Notes: generated by a model not told the origin, from the letters alone. A DNA stretch of 64,000 nucleotides from Cirrosporium novae-zelandiae (GCA_026023565.1 JAPETS010000006.1:372001-436000), one strand, 5' to 3'. Shown: positions 1 through 13,068, counted from the stretch's first letter. Translations and numbers: made by a program.

Positions 1-2018
1 ATCAAGTGTAGAATAAGTCGGCATTCAGCTTCGAAGCAAATACAAAGCTGTCCGCATTGCAGAATTCTTATTTAGATTCATCATGTAAGTATGCACAAGA
101 CATACTCCACATCAACAAAGGAAGAGAAGGAGCTTACATTTATACTCGATCTACTTGAGATCTCAAGGTAAGTAGACATCAGCAATATGAAAATATAGGT
201 TGGAAGGTCCCCTAGAGATGATATTTGAACGGTCCCTAAGGTTTGCGAGATCCACACGATGGACAAAACTAGTACAAACGTAAGCAATATATTGGCAGAT
301 TGGAGAAGCCATTGTCTCTTGGCAAAATATCCATTACAATCGATAGAAATTGCTAGAGGTATAGTTGTTTCATAATACAAGAGTTGAATTCTTTTTGGTT
401 CTGGTGTTGGTTACGCGTTAACTAGAGTCAAGTAAGAGTTTTTTTTTTTTGCTTTTCGTTCAGTTGGCGAAACTTTCCGGAGGGCGACTCTACCCTTAAG
501 AGCCCGAGGCGTCCACGGCGGTTGCTGGTCTAAAGCCGGGGGCTCCCGCATTAAAACATCGAGGAAGTATATCTTATCAAGTCCAATCCACTTATGCTTG
601 CTCTAAACATTTCCCTAAGATTAACTTGAGAGTTTTTTTTTTTTTAAAAAAAGAACAGAGGTCAGTTGATGTTATTTGAAGTTGTTAGCCGGTAATGTTT
701 CCTATTTCTGAAAAGAAAAATTGGCTATTTATTTTATTTTATTTTATTTTAGGCTACCTGTCGCAGAAATCCAAGGGTGGAACAATAGTGACCCAACGTT
801 CCTGCAGCGGAACCACTTTCTTGAAATCTTCTAAAAGTTATAAGGTTCTGGGGCGCTGGTTGAAGTGGTAGGCGCCTTGAAAGCCAGAATATCTAGGTTT
901 CATCTCCAGGATCCCATGATCTTCAGGTCAAAAGAAAGAGACGGCCTCACAGTGGTCCGTCGGACATTAATGCCAGATTAGACAAGATCTGAGAGCTATA
1001 CAAAGCAGGCGAATCAAGCACATCACAAGCATGTCGATATTTTCCCCCACCGACTTTCCACAAATTACCAGACTTAAAAAGTAGCAGGACTGGCAAGACC
1101 AGCAGAGCCAATCTACAAGTTGTGGATGGATAGTTCATGAAGCTTCAAAGTTGAAGGGAGCTGGGACCAAGTGCCAAGGACTTAAGGTGACCAAGCAGCA
1201 AGTAAGAAAGACCAGAAGGTGAAGCACGAAATCTGCCGCAAAGACCGATGTGGGGATCCACTAATTAATTGTTACAGTAGTGGTTGGGGTGGTGTGTGGT
1301 GGTGTGGTTGTGGCTACCTGCACTAACCTGCACAAATCTACAGTACCTGCACAAATGCTTCTTTTACTTGGTACTAAATGCCTAAGGTATTACCTAGGTA
1401 CTTGACTTAGTAACTAACACTCTTCCAAAGAAGGAGGCTTGCCCTGACTTTTGAGTCTTATTTCTTTATAAGCCAATTATAACCTCTCGTCTCAACTAAA
1501 ATTGGAACCCCCTCCCCCAAAGACCCATGGACCCCTCCCTCCCAAAATCCCCTTTGTTAACTACCTAGGTAACTTAGAGGTACCTAGGTCTTAACTAATA
1601 GGTACCTAGGTAATTACTGAACTTCAATGAAACTGCAATCAACAAGAATGGAATTACTAGAAGGAAAACTAACCTACTAACCTGGTGGTTATCAGGCAAA
1701 GCCAGACATGCACCCAAAACAAGGGCCAACAAGGGCCAACCTAGCATACTAGCATTCCTAAACTATCCCCTTTAGATTCTTGTGTCCATGCTGCCATATT
1801 TGCAATTTTGACCGCTCTCCCACCTAGCTGACTCTCTATTGGTTGATTTTCCTTCTTCTGAGCTCCAGACCTCGCCGCGCTAATCTCATATTCCCCTTTC
1901 TCTATCAAACCTCCATCTACTCGATATTGTGCCACTCGTCAAGTGCAATGATCTTGTCCGAACCGAGCCAAGATCCCCAAACTACCTGAGGGGTCACTAT
2001 CCAGTTCTGTTTCGAGCC

Positions 2019-5000
2019 ATGGATATTCATCCTCCTCCATCACCTCCTTCCGACTTCCTGCTCAACCAGACAGGCATCTCCTCCGTGGCAGCTTCCCCAA
2101 GTCGTGAGAGACGGACACTTCCAGCGGACATAGCGACTCACGTCTTCCCTTCTTTCCCAGCACAGACACTCAACGACGCCGTACCTTCTCCCATCCGTCG
2201 GAAACCTCTGCCTCCAAACGCCTCTCCCATTACAACCAAACCACGGTCAGCCACTGGAGGTGCTGTATTAGGAGGAACTGTTGGAAGGCATTGGGACGGA
2301 TTGACGACCAGTGCTGCTTCATCTCGTCCGCCTTGGCTGTCTCCTCCGGAGGAATCCCCACCATTTGCCGTTTCTGATTTAGACAAGTAAGTGAACCGTG
2401 TGCTTTAATTGTCTCACTATGAACATACATATGCCTCCCGTCATAAGGTTCTCAGATCTGAGGCTAATCTTTATGACTACATAGATTCCCTCGTGGAGAA
2501 TCCTCCTTTCCTCAAGACCAAAGCCTATCTCCGGATGCAGATGTATTGACGCCAACATCTGCTTCGAAGACCAGCTATCCATCGGGCTTGCGTGGAGAAC
2601 TTAACGCAAGCCCTGAGCATACTGAGGACGCAAGCAGCATGCAACGGTCCGGGGCAACGACTTTACAACCCCCCGATCGCCCTACCGCTTTAAAGATTGA
2701 TATCAACACTCATTCCCATAAGGATTCTCATGACTCTGTCACTAAGACCCCCAAAACACCAGGCAGATTCCAATCATTTTTCGGGTGGAAAAGTGCAAGC
2801 TCGCCAGGGGCCGAGTCTTCCTCAACCGAAATATCCGATACAGGGCACTCAAATATACCCTCACCGTTAGCTCCCTCCCCACAAACGACATCGTCATCGA
2901 GTCGATCCATACCTCCTGCCATAGATGTCTCCAAAGCCAACGCTTCGCTTAATGTTTACTCAGACACCGATCTCCCTTTAGTATTGTCTCCAATTTCCGA
3001 GCAAGGTTCGAAGATGGTGGAAGATCTGGAGGGCGAGCTGCGCGAGATCAGCGCCGAACTAGCGTCTTCTATCAAAAGGGAGCTTGATTTAGAAGACCTG
3101 GTGGAACGACTACAGGCGGAAGCAGAACGAATTCCAGATGGAAACCGTCGCACAAGTGACTATTTTTCGGATTCTGGTACAAGTTCTGTTACTGGATATA
3201 GATATCCTATGAGCGACTATGGTGTCAAATTGGATGATATAGAGAAAATGCGAAGGAGCTCTGAGCAACAGATTGCCCAAGTTAAAATTGATTTGTCCAA
3301 GAAAGTGCAAGATGAGCGTGTGGCGCGTGTGGCGCTAGAAAGCCTAGTGGCCACACTTGAGAAGCAACTAGATGAGGTTTGTTATAAAATATTAATGTTG
3401 TTCTTTCGCTGACGATTTATAGTTGGGAAATGGTCGGAGTAGATCCTCCGATTCTGCGGACCGTGTGCAGGAACTTGAATCTTCTCTGGAAGGCCTTCGC
3501 CGTCGATTAGCCGAGGAGAAGCAGATGAAAGAGAATTTTGAAGACCTTCTAGCAGCCCTCAAAGAGCAGATCGAACAGGAACGTAATGAGCGAGATAATC
3601 TCAAGGATGAGGTCGTACCGCAGTTGCGTGCCAGAGTAGAAGGACTTGAGGCTGAAGCTGCTCAGTCTGAGAAATTATCATATGAACTGGCTAAGGTTCA
3701 GCAAGAGGTACAGTCTCTAAGGAATGAAAATCAGACCCTTGTGAACGCGCGACATATGCAATTGCAGATGGAGAAGCAGCAAGCGAGGTTTAATTCGATT
3801 GCTGAAGAAGGAGAACTACCAATGAAGCCTGGCGTTGGTCTCTCACGGTCCAACTCTCTCGCTCGTACTAGATCTCCAACCCTAACACGAGCAACCTCTC
3901 TAAGGAGGTCCAGTACAATAACTATCAAGGAGAAGAATGCCCCCCCGCACGAATCTCTTGTGGACAAGATTAAGGATGTTGAGGTGCAGCGGGATGCCTT
4001 ACACCGTTCATTAAAGAGCCTCATTGAACGACACCAATGTCGAGAACGAGAAAATGCCAAGACCGTCAAGCAGCTAGAGATTGAAAGAGACAGGGCTCTG
4101 AATAATGGTACTCCTGGGAAGCTTGGATATGAAAGGGAAGTGAAGACTCTACGAGACGAAGTCAACCACCTTCGAAAAAGAGCGGACGATGCTCTTGAAC
4201 AAAAATGGCAATGTGAGAAGGGTCTCGGTGGATTGAAGATTGATTTAGATCGTGCTGAACAGGAAACGAGCTCTTTGAGAGCTTTACTGGAGGAGCATGA
4301 TATTCTCGTGCCTGGTAGGTCCTCGCAAGACCTAGATGGCGCTCAGACCACCTCGGAGGCTTTGCAAAAAGCATATAATGACTTGCAGACTACTCAAGCC
4401 CAATCTCTTGCTCGAATGAGGGAATTGAACATAAATCTTCCCAACCATACCGACGATGAGCAAACATCAAAGGCCTTGGACGCTCTTGAAGAGAGCATTG
4501 CTCAAGCATCAGCTGAACATGACTCTGCGGAACAAGCGGAAGCTCGCTTCCGCGATGGCTTGGCAGGCACATCGCTTGAAGAAGAACAAAAACTCGCAGA
4601 TCAACTCCGGGCTTCCTCTGAACGAATTACGGGGTTGTCCATCCAAGTCCGCCAACAACTCGATGCCAACAGTAGCCTTCGTCGACGGCTTGCGGAAGCC
4701 ATTGGACGAGGCGAGAAAGAGCAGAAGAACTCCGCTGCCCGTATCAATGAACTTCAACGTAGACTGAAGGGTCTTGAAGAGCATGTCATAACCGCACAAC
4801 AACACTCGGAAGATGCGGTTATGAACCATGAAGAGGAGGTTCGTCAATTAAAGAAGAGCCACAACGACCAACTTCAGCGCATGAGGAACGGTTTAAGAAG
4901 CCCAAGCGTGTACTCTCCTCGCACCCCTTTGACGCCAATCTTTACCAATAGGAGTCCAAAACTAGATCTGACTACTAGCGGCCGGGGAAAGAATATGAAC

Positions 5001-5291
5001 CAGGCCTCGCGTGTTGAGTTCTTAGAAAACAAGGTTACAGAATTAGAGAAAGCCCTTTCTGAGGCCGACCGCGACATGCAGGAGGTGGTGGGACGGATGA
5101 ACATGGCCCAAATTGAAGTGGCCGAGTTGCAGAGCGACCGGTAAGTGACATTTTATTGCTTTGTTCCTCATTTCGTCCCAAATAGCGACTAACTGTGATA
5201 TAGTGATGAGGCAATGCGACAATCCAGGAGATTACAGGCCGAAGTCTCACAAGAGCGTGAGAAGGTCAAGGCTCTACTGGCTTCTAAATGA
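2019..5291 (+). CDS. Large coiled-coil protein with Pro/Ser-rich N-terminus (conserved fungal protein, function uncertain)
   Basis: Joins ORFs 1929-2390, 2546-3412 and 3423-5144 through introns 2387-2484, 3377-3422 and 5141-5203 (GT..AG, branch-like CTRAY). Last exon ends TGA at 5289-5291. Long E/K/Q/R/L-rich heptad stretches (ELREISAELASSIKRELDLEDLVERLQ...). Confidence 0.8.
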
Positions 5292-6058
5292 TAATTTTTT
5301 TTGTAATGTGTGATCACTATTGTGCCTCGGTCTTCTAATAAAAGCTGAGTGGGCACACGAGCAGCAGGACCCAAGATGCGGTTATGCTGGTGATACGCAA
5401 AGCGTTCCATCGCATTTTATTTATCGGCTATTTACAACCCCCAGTATGGGTATGAACATTTTTGGTTATTATTATACCAGGTGTGTGGCATTCTTTTTTG
5501 TTGAACAAGCTGTCGACGGTTTACTTGCGCGTTTGATATGCATTTCTGGGGGTTCTTTTAGAACTATTGGTTGGATTACCCTTGTGGTTAATATACCTTC
5601 TATCGTTATTTTCCTCCTTGGATTGGTTGGTGTGTGATACAGTCCGAAGAGTTGTTGTCTATGCGGAGTTTGGATACTATGAGTATTCAAAACCTTGTAT
5701 ATAGAATAGTCCAAGTTATGCCCCTCTATTGAGGAGGCTAATGAAGGGAGGAGAGCATATCCTCCCTATGTATGTACTATAGAAAAAGAACTACACTAAT
5801 CAAAAGATTGATTAATATTTAGATGGTTTTTTGATGACTCAAACCATTTGTTTGGGACGAAGGATGCTGAGGAGCCTACTAGGTAATGTAAAAGCAACTT
5901 TATAATTTGGAATTGCTTTAGTGGAGAATTCGTATCTCAAAATCCATCCATTACGTCTGTCATGGACAATTTGACAGGCATCGGGGTCGTAGAGAGTGAT
6001 GGAGGCACGGGAGGTGATGGAGAGAGATGAACGAAAGTAATAGACGGTAGTCGGGATC

Positions 6059-6078
6059 TCGGAGCATGAAAGCTCCGA
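6059..6078. promoter_or_regulatory. Inverted repeat TCGGAGC-N6-GCTCCGA (CGG-N12-CCG), candidate Zn2Cys6 binding site upstream of the DHA1 transporter
   Basis: Perfect 7-bp arms about 600 bp upstream of the ATG at 6684. Inverted CGG triplets are typical zinc-cluster factor sites. Confidence 0.3.
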
Positions 6079-6683
6079 TACAGGAACAGCATCATATTCG
6101 AGTAATTAGACTTGGATGAGGTTCCAACAAGCTCAATGCCAACCTGCTTTTCTCAAGTTTAGGAATCAGTGCCTGCAATAATCCAACAATACCAACGGAT
6201 CTACCATTTCAAGCCAATCGCAACGATTCATATCCTATGGAATTGAATAGTCGGTCAAGCCATTCAACTCTATGTCCACATTTTCTTTCACACTTTAACT
6301 GCTAATGAAGCATTGGTGAGTTCTAATAACAAGAACAATGAATGGTTAACTGCGAATAATCAACGTCATGAGCTATGACGATATTGTTCCACCCATCGGT
6401 ACGGAAGCTGCTGTGTATGTTTTTTCTCTCCGGCGTCCCTTGTCCTGGAATCCCCAGCTCCAGCTCTAGTCATCCACGGCTGGAGAAGCTGTGGGATTAG
6501 TCCTCAGGAAGCCTACTTTATATGAAATGTATAAATCTCCCCTCTTTTCAGTATTTTTTATTAGACAGACGACTTGTATCTTTACAAGCGTTTTCTCCGA
6601 AGCTCTTTCTAAATTTGTGTCATTATTTCTTCAAGGGGCTTAATTAAGAGACTGCATCTCATTCCCAATCTAGGACATTCGCC

Positions 6684-8492
6684 ATGGCAGATCTCATTCG
6701 AGATTCGGTCTTCAGGCACATTATGCGTTTAGCGTCTAAAAGGAAAATATTTCCCTTTCCCGAAGAGCGAAATCCATCGTTATGGGAACGCGATATTAAC
6801 ATAGAGAAGACAGCCAACATATCTCACTATGGGACAACTGAAAGAGAAATTGAAAAAGAAGACCATCAGCGGAATGTTTCAAACTCTCGGACTTTGTCGG
6901 AAACCCAAGTTGATGACGATGGGTCCCCTAAAAACCTTTGTGATATACCGCTTGATAAGGAAATGGGACGGGATGTCCATGTTGTTTCCTGGTATGGGAA
7001 TAATGATCCCGAGGTCTGTTTTCCAACTCCTTATTATACCGCTGTGGAATGATATTGACCCAAAGAGAACAGAATCCCGTAAATTGGTCAATAGCGAAGA
7101 AATCTTTTGTCACTTTTGAGATTTGTCTATTGACCACATCTGTATATATCGGATCTGCCATATACTCTGGAGGAATTGAATCCGTCATGAGAACCTTTGG
7201 CGTCAACCAGGTTGCTGCAACTCTCGGGTTGACGTTATTCGTCGCAGGATATGGTACGGGTCCCATGCTTTGGTCGCCAATATCCGAGATTCCACAAATA
7301 GGACGCAACCCTGTCTACATTGGAACTCTTGTTATATTTGTCGTTCTTCAAATACCTACCGCCCTTACGACAAATTTTGGCATGCTCCTTGCATTTCGGT
7401 TCCTTACAGGATTCTTTGGATCTCCTGTCCTAGCCACAGGCGGGGCAAGCATTTCTGATATCTATACCCCTGCAAAACGTTCTTATGCCATGTCTGTCTG
7501 GGGTATTTCTGCAGTATGCGGACCAATTCTTGGGCCACTAGTTGGTGGGTTTGCTGCCCAAGCAGAAGGGTGGACTTGGACCAGTGAGTTGGTAATCACC
7601 ACAGCTTGGACTCTTGGACTAATGTGAGGTAGTTTGGGAGTTAATGTGGCTCTCTGGATCCTCTCTGGTCTTACTGATATTCTTTTTGCCTGAAACTTCT
7701 TCGAATAATATCTTATTCCGCCGTACATGCCGTCTTCGCAAGCTGACTAGAAACGAGAAGTTGACATGTGAACCTGAACTCATGAGTGAGAACATGACAG
7801 GCAAAGAGATCGTTCAAATGATTCTGGTTCGACCCTTCACACTCAATTTTACTGAGCCGATGGTTTTTCTTTTGAACCTCTATATTGCACTCATCTACGG
7901 CCTCCTTTATATCTGGTTCGAATCATTTCCCATCGTTTTCATCGAGATATACCATTTCAATATTGGTGAAGTAGGCCTAGCCTTTATTGGTATTCTTGTC
8001 GGAGTCTTCGTGACGGTACCGCTATTCTTCTGGTACCTACATAAATACCTGGAGCCTAACGTTAACGCCAACGGAGAAGTCAAACCGGAGTTGCGCTTAC
8101 CTCCTGCCTGCGTGGGCGCCTTTTTTATACCCATCTGTCTCTTCTGGTTTGGTTGGAGTGCTCGACCTAGCATACACTGGATCATGCCAATTATTGGATC
8201 TAGTTTCTTTTCCGTAGGCGCGTTTCTCTTGTTCAATTCTGTCCTCAACTATTTGGCAGATGCCTATCCTGAGTATGCGGCCTCTGTTCTTGCCGGTAAT
8301 GATCTCTTTCGGTCATCATTTGGTGCGGGCTTTCCGCTGTTTGCGTCGGCCATGTACAGAAACCTTGGGGTTGGTTGGGCTAGTTCGACCCTAGCTTTTC
8401 TGTCTATTGCTTTTATCCCAATTCCGTTCGTGCTGGTCAGGTACGGGGGGAGACTTCGGAAGAGCAGCAAGCATGCGAGAAAGAACTTTTGA
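6684..8492 (+). CDS. MFS drug:H+ antiporter, DHA1 family (Flr1/Mdr1/Caf5-like)
   Basis: Introns 7014-7072 and 7584-7632 restore W-x-G-x-x-DPENPxNW and TIWELMW. DHA1 motifs: GPMLWSPISEIPQIGRNPVY, RFLTGFFGSP, PET, PELRL, YLADAYPEYAASVLAGN. Confidence 0.92.
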
Positions 8493-9525
8493 ATTGGTTT
8501 ATATTTTGTATTATACTATGTGATGTGGTTCATGGGTCATGACGACCCTTAATATTGAATTTTATGGGATTTTTCCTCTGTGATTATTAAGGGTGATTGC
8601 CTAAGAATTCACTTGTATGATTATATAAACTAGAGGAGAGCAGGAAAGCGAAAATATCAAAATGCATAAATTATAATTAAACCCAGGGCTTTGGATCTAG
8701 CCAAGCGCTAAAGATGAAAAGAAGGTCTAGAAATCTATAAATATCACTTGAAACCAAGAGTACCAAGAACTGAGGATGAATGGTGATGGTGGAAGAAATC
8801 ATGTTTCAACTTGCGAACTACTTAGAAGCTTGCACTCATTGATGATACATTCTTGGCAGGCCTCAGGAGTGCTGACAATTTGAGGGTTGGAAGGCCCAAA
8901 GGCCCCAAGGCCCCGATGGATTTTTCGGGCCATGTTCCTTGTGAGCCCAAGTCCAAGGCCCAAGGTGCCCATGACAATTCGGGCAAGGGCCACTCCGGTA
9001 CGTTTGGCTGCATTAAGTCCGCAGCGTTGGGGAAATAAAATGGAGAAACAATCCCCATGGCTTACTACTGCTTATTACTCTGCAGTGGCCTTCTAACCAC
9101 TCACTTGTATCAAGTTACCCAGCATTACATTGAACAACTTTCTCCGCTTTTATAACTAATCATTGCATATATCTATCGTACCATTCAGCCCCAATCTTTT
9201 GAACCTGCAACTTTTGTTGCTACTGACCGACTCTACGTCTAATATCCATCTTTTAACCTTTCCTGAATCCTTATTCGTTAGAGCTCGCTCCCCTCTCTAG
9301 TGTCCAGTCCATATTTTTCCATCCGATACCTTGCCGCCCTCAAAATCCATGTCGCATGACTTTTGACTACTTTATTGTTGTGAAATTTACGACCCCTCCT
9401 ATTATCCTTCCAACGGCAGGGTTCAATTCAATTACCCACATGCTTAGGGCTTGAGAGACTGGTGATTCTTGTGACAACCTTGGGAGATAATATCTATTTG
9501 CCATCAAAGGTGGAAGTTGAACAAG

Positions 9526-10384
9526 ATGCGTCAAAATCGAAAAGTGAGGGTCATGTTCCTCACGGTGGTGCTAGTTGTTCTTACGATTCTTTATTATGAG
9601 GTAATTCACCCAGTTGACAGCCGTGCGTCCTCGCCTTGATCTAATAATTTCTATTCAGTCCGGTGCTCGCCGAACCCGTAACGAGGTTTTCTATAAATCC
9701 ACCGTAACTGCAATTAATACCAAAACGGCCGCTGCAAAAGAAGCGGCAGATCTTGAAGTGAAAGATCGATTGAAGGCCGCTGAGTTAGCTGCGAAGAAGG
9801 CAGCTGACGAGAAGAGTCCAAAACCATCACCAGCGTCAGTCCAAGTGCCTATGGAACCTAAGGGTGGTGTTGGTGCACCGAAAATCCCTGGGACAGGAGA
9901 GAAATGGGAAGTCGTTGGTGTTGACGGGAAGACTAAGGAGAAGGAGGAGGTACCGGAAAAAACACTCAAGGAAAAGGAAATTGAATTGGAATTGAATGGC
10001 ATTTTAAAGCGTTCTCCCAGTAAGTTGACCCAAATGTCGATTCTCCGGTGGGACTTCCAACACTAATCACTCTTAATAGTCATCATCTTTTCCAAGTCTT
10101 ACTGTCCCTTCTCTAAAAAAGCTAAACGCATCCTGCTCGACGACTTCCAAATAGACCCACCACCTTTTGTTGTTGAGCTAGATCAGCATCCGATGGGTGC
10201 GGATCTGCAATCTACATTACATGATATTACTGGGAGAAGGACCGTCCCCAACATATTAATTAATGGAAAGAGCATTGGCGGAGGAGACGATGTTGAGAAA
10301 TTGAAACTTGAAGGCACTCTTGTCGAAACAGTGAAAAAGATGGGTGGGACAAGAATATACGGAGTAAAGGAAAAAGAATTATGA
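9526..10384 (+). CDS. Monothiol glutaredoxin with N-terminal signal-anchor (Grx6/Grx7-like, secretory pathway)
   Basis: Exons 9526-9600, 9659-10019 and 10080-10384. Basic plus hydrophobic N-terminus MRQNRKVRVMFLTVVLVVLTILYY; active site IFSKSYCPFSKKAK; TGRRTVPN and IGGGD glutathione-binding motifs. Confidence 0.88.
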
Positions 10385-10907
10385 GATGAAAAGTTTCTTA
10401 TTCGTCATGGCAAGGGGGAAGCAATACCGGAGTTAAGGTTGTTTTTTCTGGGCAACAGTATGGTGTTTGGACCTTGGATGAAGAATGAGCATTGAGGCAT
10501 ATGATTCCGCGTGGACATCGTTAGGAGCTGTATCATAATAATGGCTATGGGGTCCAACTTCATGTTAATGTGATACCCTTGAAATTGAGGAAATGCCTTA
10601 GGTCTGGAATTGGGGTGTATGAAAATCTCCAGGGGGGGAATCCTAAGCCACATCTGAAGTATCATATTCTTCAATACTGCAAAAGTAATTAAAGGGCAAT
10701 TTAGAAATCAAAAATCATAAGGATGTCGGTGGAGAGATATACTCGGACTGGTTGGATATGATAGTGCAGGGATAGTTTGTAGACATGGAAATTTCCAATT
10801 TCTTTTCATTCAACGCACTCTGTTGTTAGCATTGGAATAATTTCCTTCTGATACTTGGGGTGGTAGATTGGTATCATAATGTAGCATTGTGAATTAGGGA
10901 AATATTT

Positions 10908-10943
10908 GCCTGAGGCTTCCAACCTTAAACAGACCGAGCCCTA
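10908..10943 (+). promoter_or_regulatory. Candidate ribosomal-protein promoter elements (GCCTGAGGC interrupted palindrome; AGCCCTA)
   Basis: GCCTGAGGC at 10908-10916 and AGCCCTA near 10937-10943, 120-155 bp upstream of the RPL9 ATG. A longer copy, ATGCCTGAGGCAT, lies at 56758-56770. Function is inferred only. Confidence 0.3.
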
Positions 10944-11062
10944 TCGAACTTCGCCAAGCCTCCTGCTTACTCAACCTCCCACACAACATTTGGTGAATTT
11001 CAACTCCAGGCCGACAACTCTCAGGAAATCCAACAAACGACGACCCTAATAATCCTGTCAAG

Positions 11063-12160
11063 ATGAGGTACATTCATTCACAAGAGCAGTTGACAATCCC
11101 AGAGGGAGGTAAGAGCTCTATTTATTTCGAAACAGGGCTTTTATGCGCAATGACAGAAGTTCTATCCGCCCTGCGATATTTCCTAAATGCGCATATCTAT
11201 TTCCAATAAGTCCAAAGTTGAAGAGAAATTTTAGTATATATATCAAAGCCATGCTAACGAATCCTGGAATAAAAAATAGTCAAAATCCACATCAAAGCCC
11301 GCGTTGTCACGGTCGAAGGTCCCCGAGGTAAATAAAATCCGGTTTGCAATTGACCAAAGAAAAAAAAAGCCCCAAAGAGCCCTCTCTCGAGCGAGCACAC
11401 TTTTTTTCTCTAACAAAATCTTATCTTATTCCAGGCAAGCTCATCAAGGACTTGAGCCATCTCGCCGTCTCCTTCGCCCACCCCAAAGAGAACCTCGTCA
11501 CAATCGAACTCCACCATGGATCCCGCAAAACGGTCGCCGCTCTCCGAACGGTCAAGTCTCTCATCAACAACATGATCATTGGCGTCACCAAGGGATTCAA
11601 GTACAAGATGAGATATGTCTACGCCCATTTCCCCATCAACGTCAATATCGAGAAGGATGGCGAGACTGATCTGTTCAATGTTGAAATAAGGTATATATAT
11701 ATCACCTTTACACTTAGGGACGGAAGCCCATGATGAGGGAGTTCGGGGGGGGGACTTTGAAAGAGAGCATATAATCCACTAGGGAGCAGGGGACACAAAT
11801 GGCTGATCTCCAATGTGCGTCTTAGGAACTTCATCGGCGAGAAGATTGTCCGAAGAGTCACCTGTCAACCAGGTGTCGAGGTCGAGGCATCAAAGAACGT
11901 AAAGGATGAGATCCAACTTACCGGCAACTCGCTGGAAGGTGTCTCCCAGAGCGCCGCCGATATCCAGCAGATCTGCAGAGTCCGAAACAAAGATATTCGA
12001 AAAGTGAGTAGTTTCCATCCATCTATCCATCTGATTTCGGATATGTTTTTTTTTTTTGAAAAAACGGAATTTGAGAGTATTAATTTAACTTCTTTCTCCC
12101 CTACAGTTCTTGGACGGTCTATACGTTTCGGAAAGAGGAAACATTGTTGAGGAGTCTTAA
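11063..12160 (+). CDS. RPL9: 60S ribosomal protein L9 (uL6)
   Basis: Five exons (introns 11109-11279, 11328-11434, 11691-11825, 12004-12106) give [34 protein letters not shown]...[21 protein letters not shown]...RNFIGEK...[22 protein letters not shown]. Confidence 0.97.
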
Positions 12161-13068
12161 ACGTGATCGATCAAACGTACGAACGAAAAAAGCGGTGTTT
12201 TCGGGAAAGATGGATGGGTGTAGAAGGATTAGGAAGGGAAGGGGTGTGTGTGTGAAAGGGGAAACATGATTGATGCACGGCACGACACGCATGCATGCAA
12301 GCAGTATTATCATCTCCTCCGACCTAGTTTTTGTGATAATGATGATCAGGAGAAGTATATTATAGCTAGAATTGCTGCCAATGGAACTTTTTTCATGATT
12401 CAATTGTTGAAACTAGGATCAATGCGCGAGTGGTGTGAAGTGAGTATTTGATGTAGGACCTGGGGGGGTAGGGGTGGGGGGAGGAGAGGTTGTAAGGGGA
12501 ATTGAACTTATTTAATTCGTGATGGAAGGTGTAGTAGTAGTAGTAGTAGTATTGCGGACTTATTACTTTGCAGGTTTCTGCCCCCTACTTTCTACTACTA
12601 ATTCTCCTCCAGACTGACTTATTGATTATATCTCAAAAAAAAAATGCATGTGCGTAGCAAGAAAATGCAAACGGATAAAAATGGTGGGAATTGAATTCGT
12701 TATATTATATATACTTCATCATAGATAGATAGTAACAACAATAACAACAACAACATAACGCACATACCCTATCCATCAAATCTCATTACTTTAAAATAAG
12801 AAGATGGGTCATATGTATTTTTCTTTATCCTCCCGAAGTAGCCAGAACTGGAACGCTTAAAGGATTTTTTTTTTCTTGTACATGATATCCCTTTTTGGTA
12901 ATAATTTATGTTCAATTCCCAGCGAGAAGAAGCCATGAGATCGTTTGATAAAAGAATTTTCCCTTTTTTTCTTTTACTATTGTCATGTGCATCGTGATGC
13001 ATCGCTCATTTTTCACGGCCGAATCCCCTTTTTCCCTTTATTTAGCCATCTGTGTACAACTCACCACT

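Noticed and set aside
1..17. ATCAAGTGTAG matches part of the U2 snRNA branch-recognition region
   Set aside because: The match breaks immediately (GAATAAG instead of TATCTG), and no Sm site or U2 stems follow.
81..1260. Short minus-strand ORFs, considered as transposon remnants or exons of a gene leaving the window
   Set aside because: No reverse transcriptase, transposase or other domain motif was recognised.
8799..9096. Cluster of short ORFs with GGCCCAAG-like repeats
   Set aside because: Low-complexity intergenic sequence with no protein motifs, terminal repeats or target-site duplication.
11730..11806. ATGATGA ... CTGA in RPL9 intron 3 resembling a box C/D snoRNA
   Set aside because: The CTGA is the intron's branch point (GCTGAT), there is no convincing terminal stem, and I recognise no rRNA-complementary guide.
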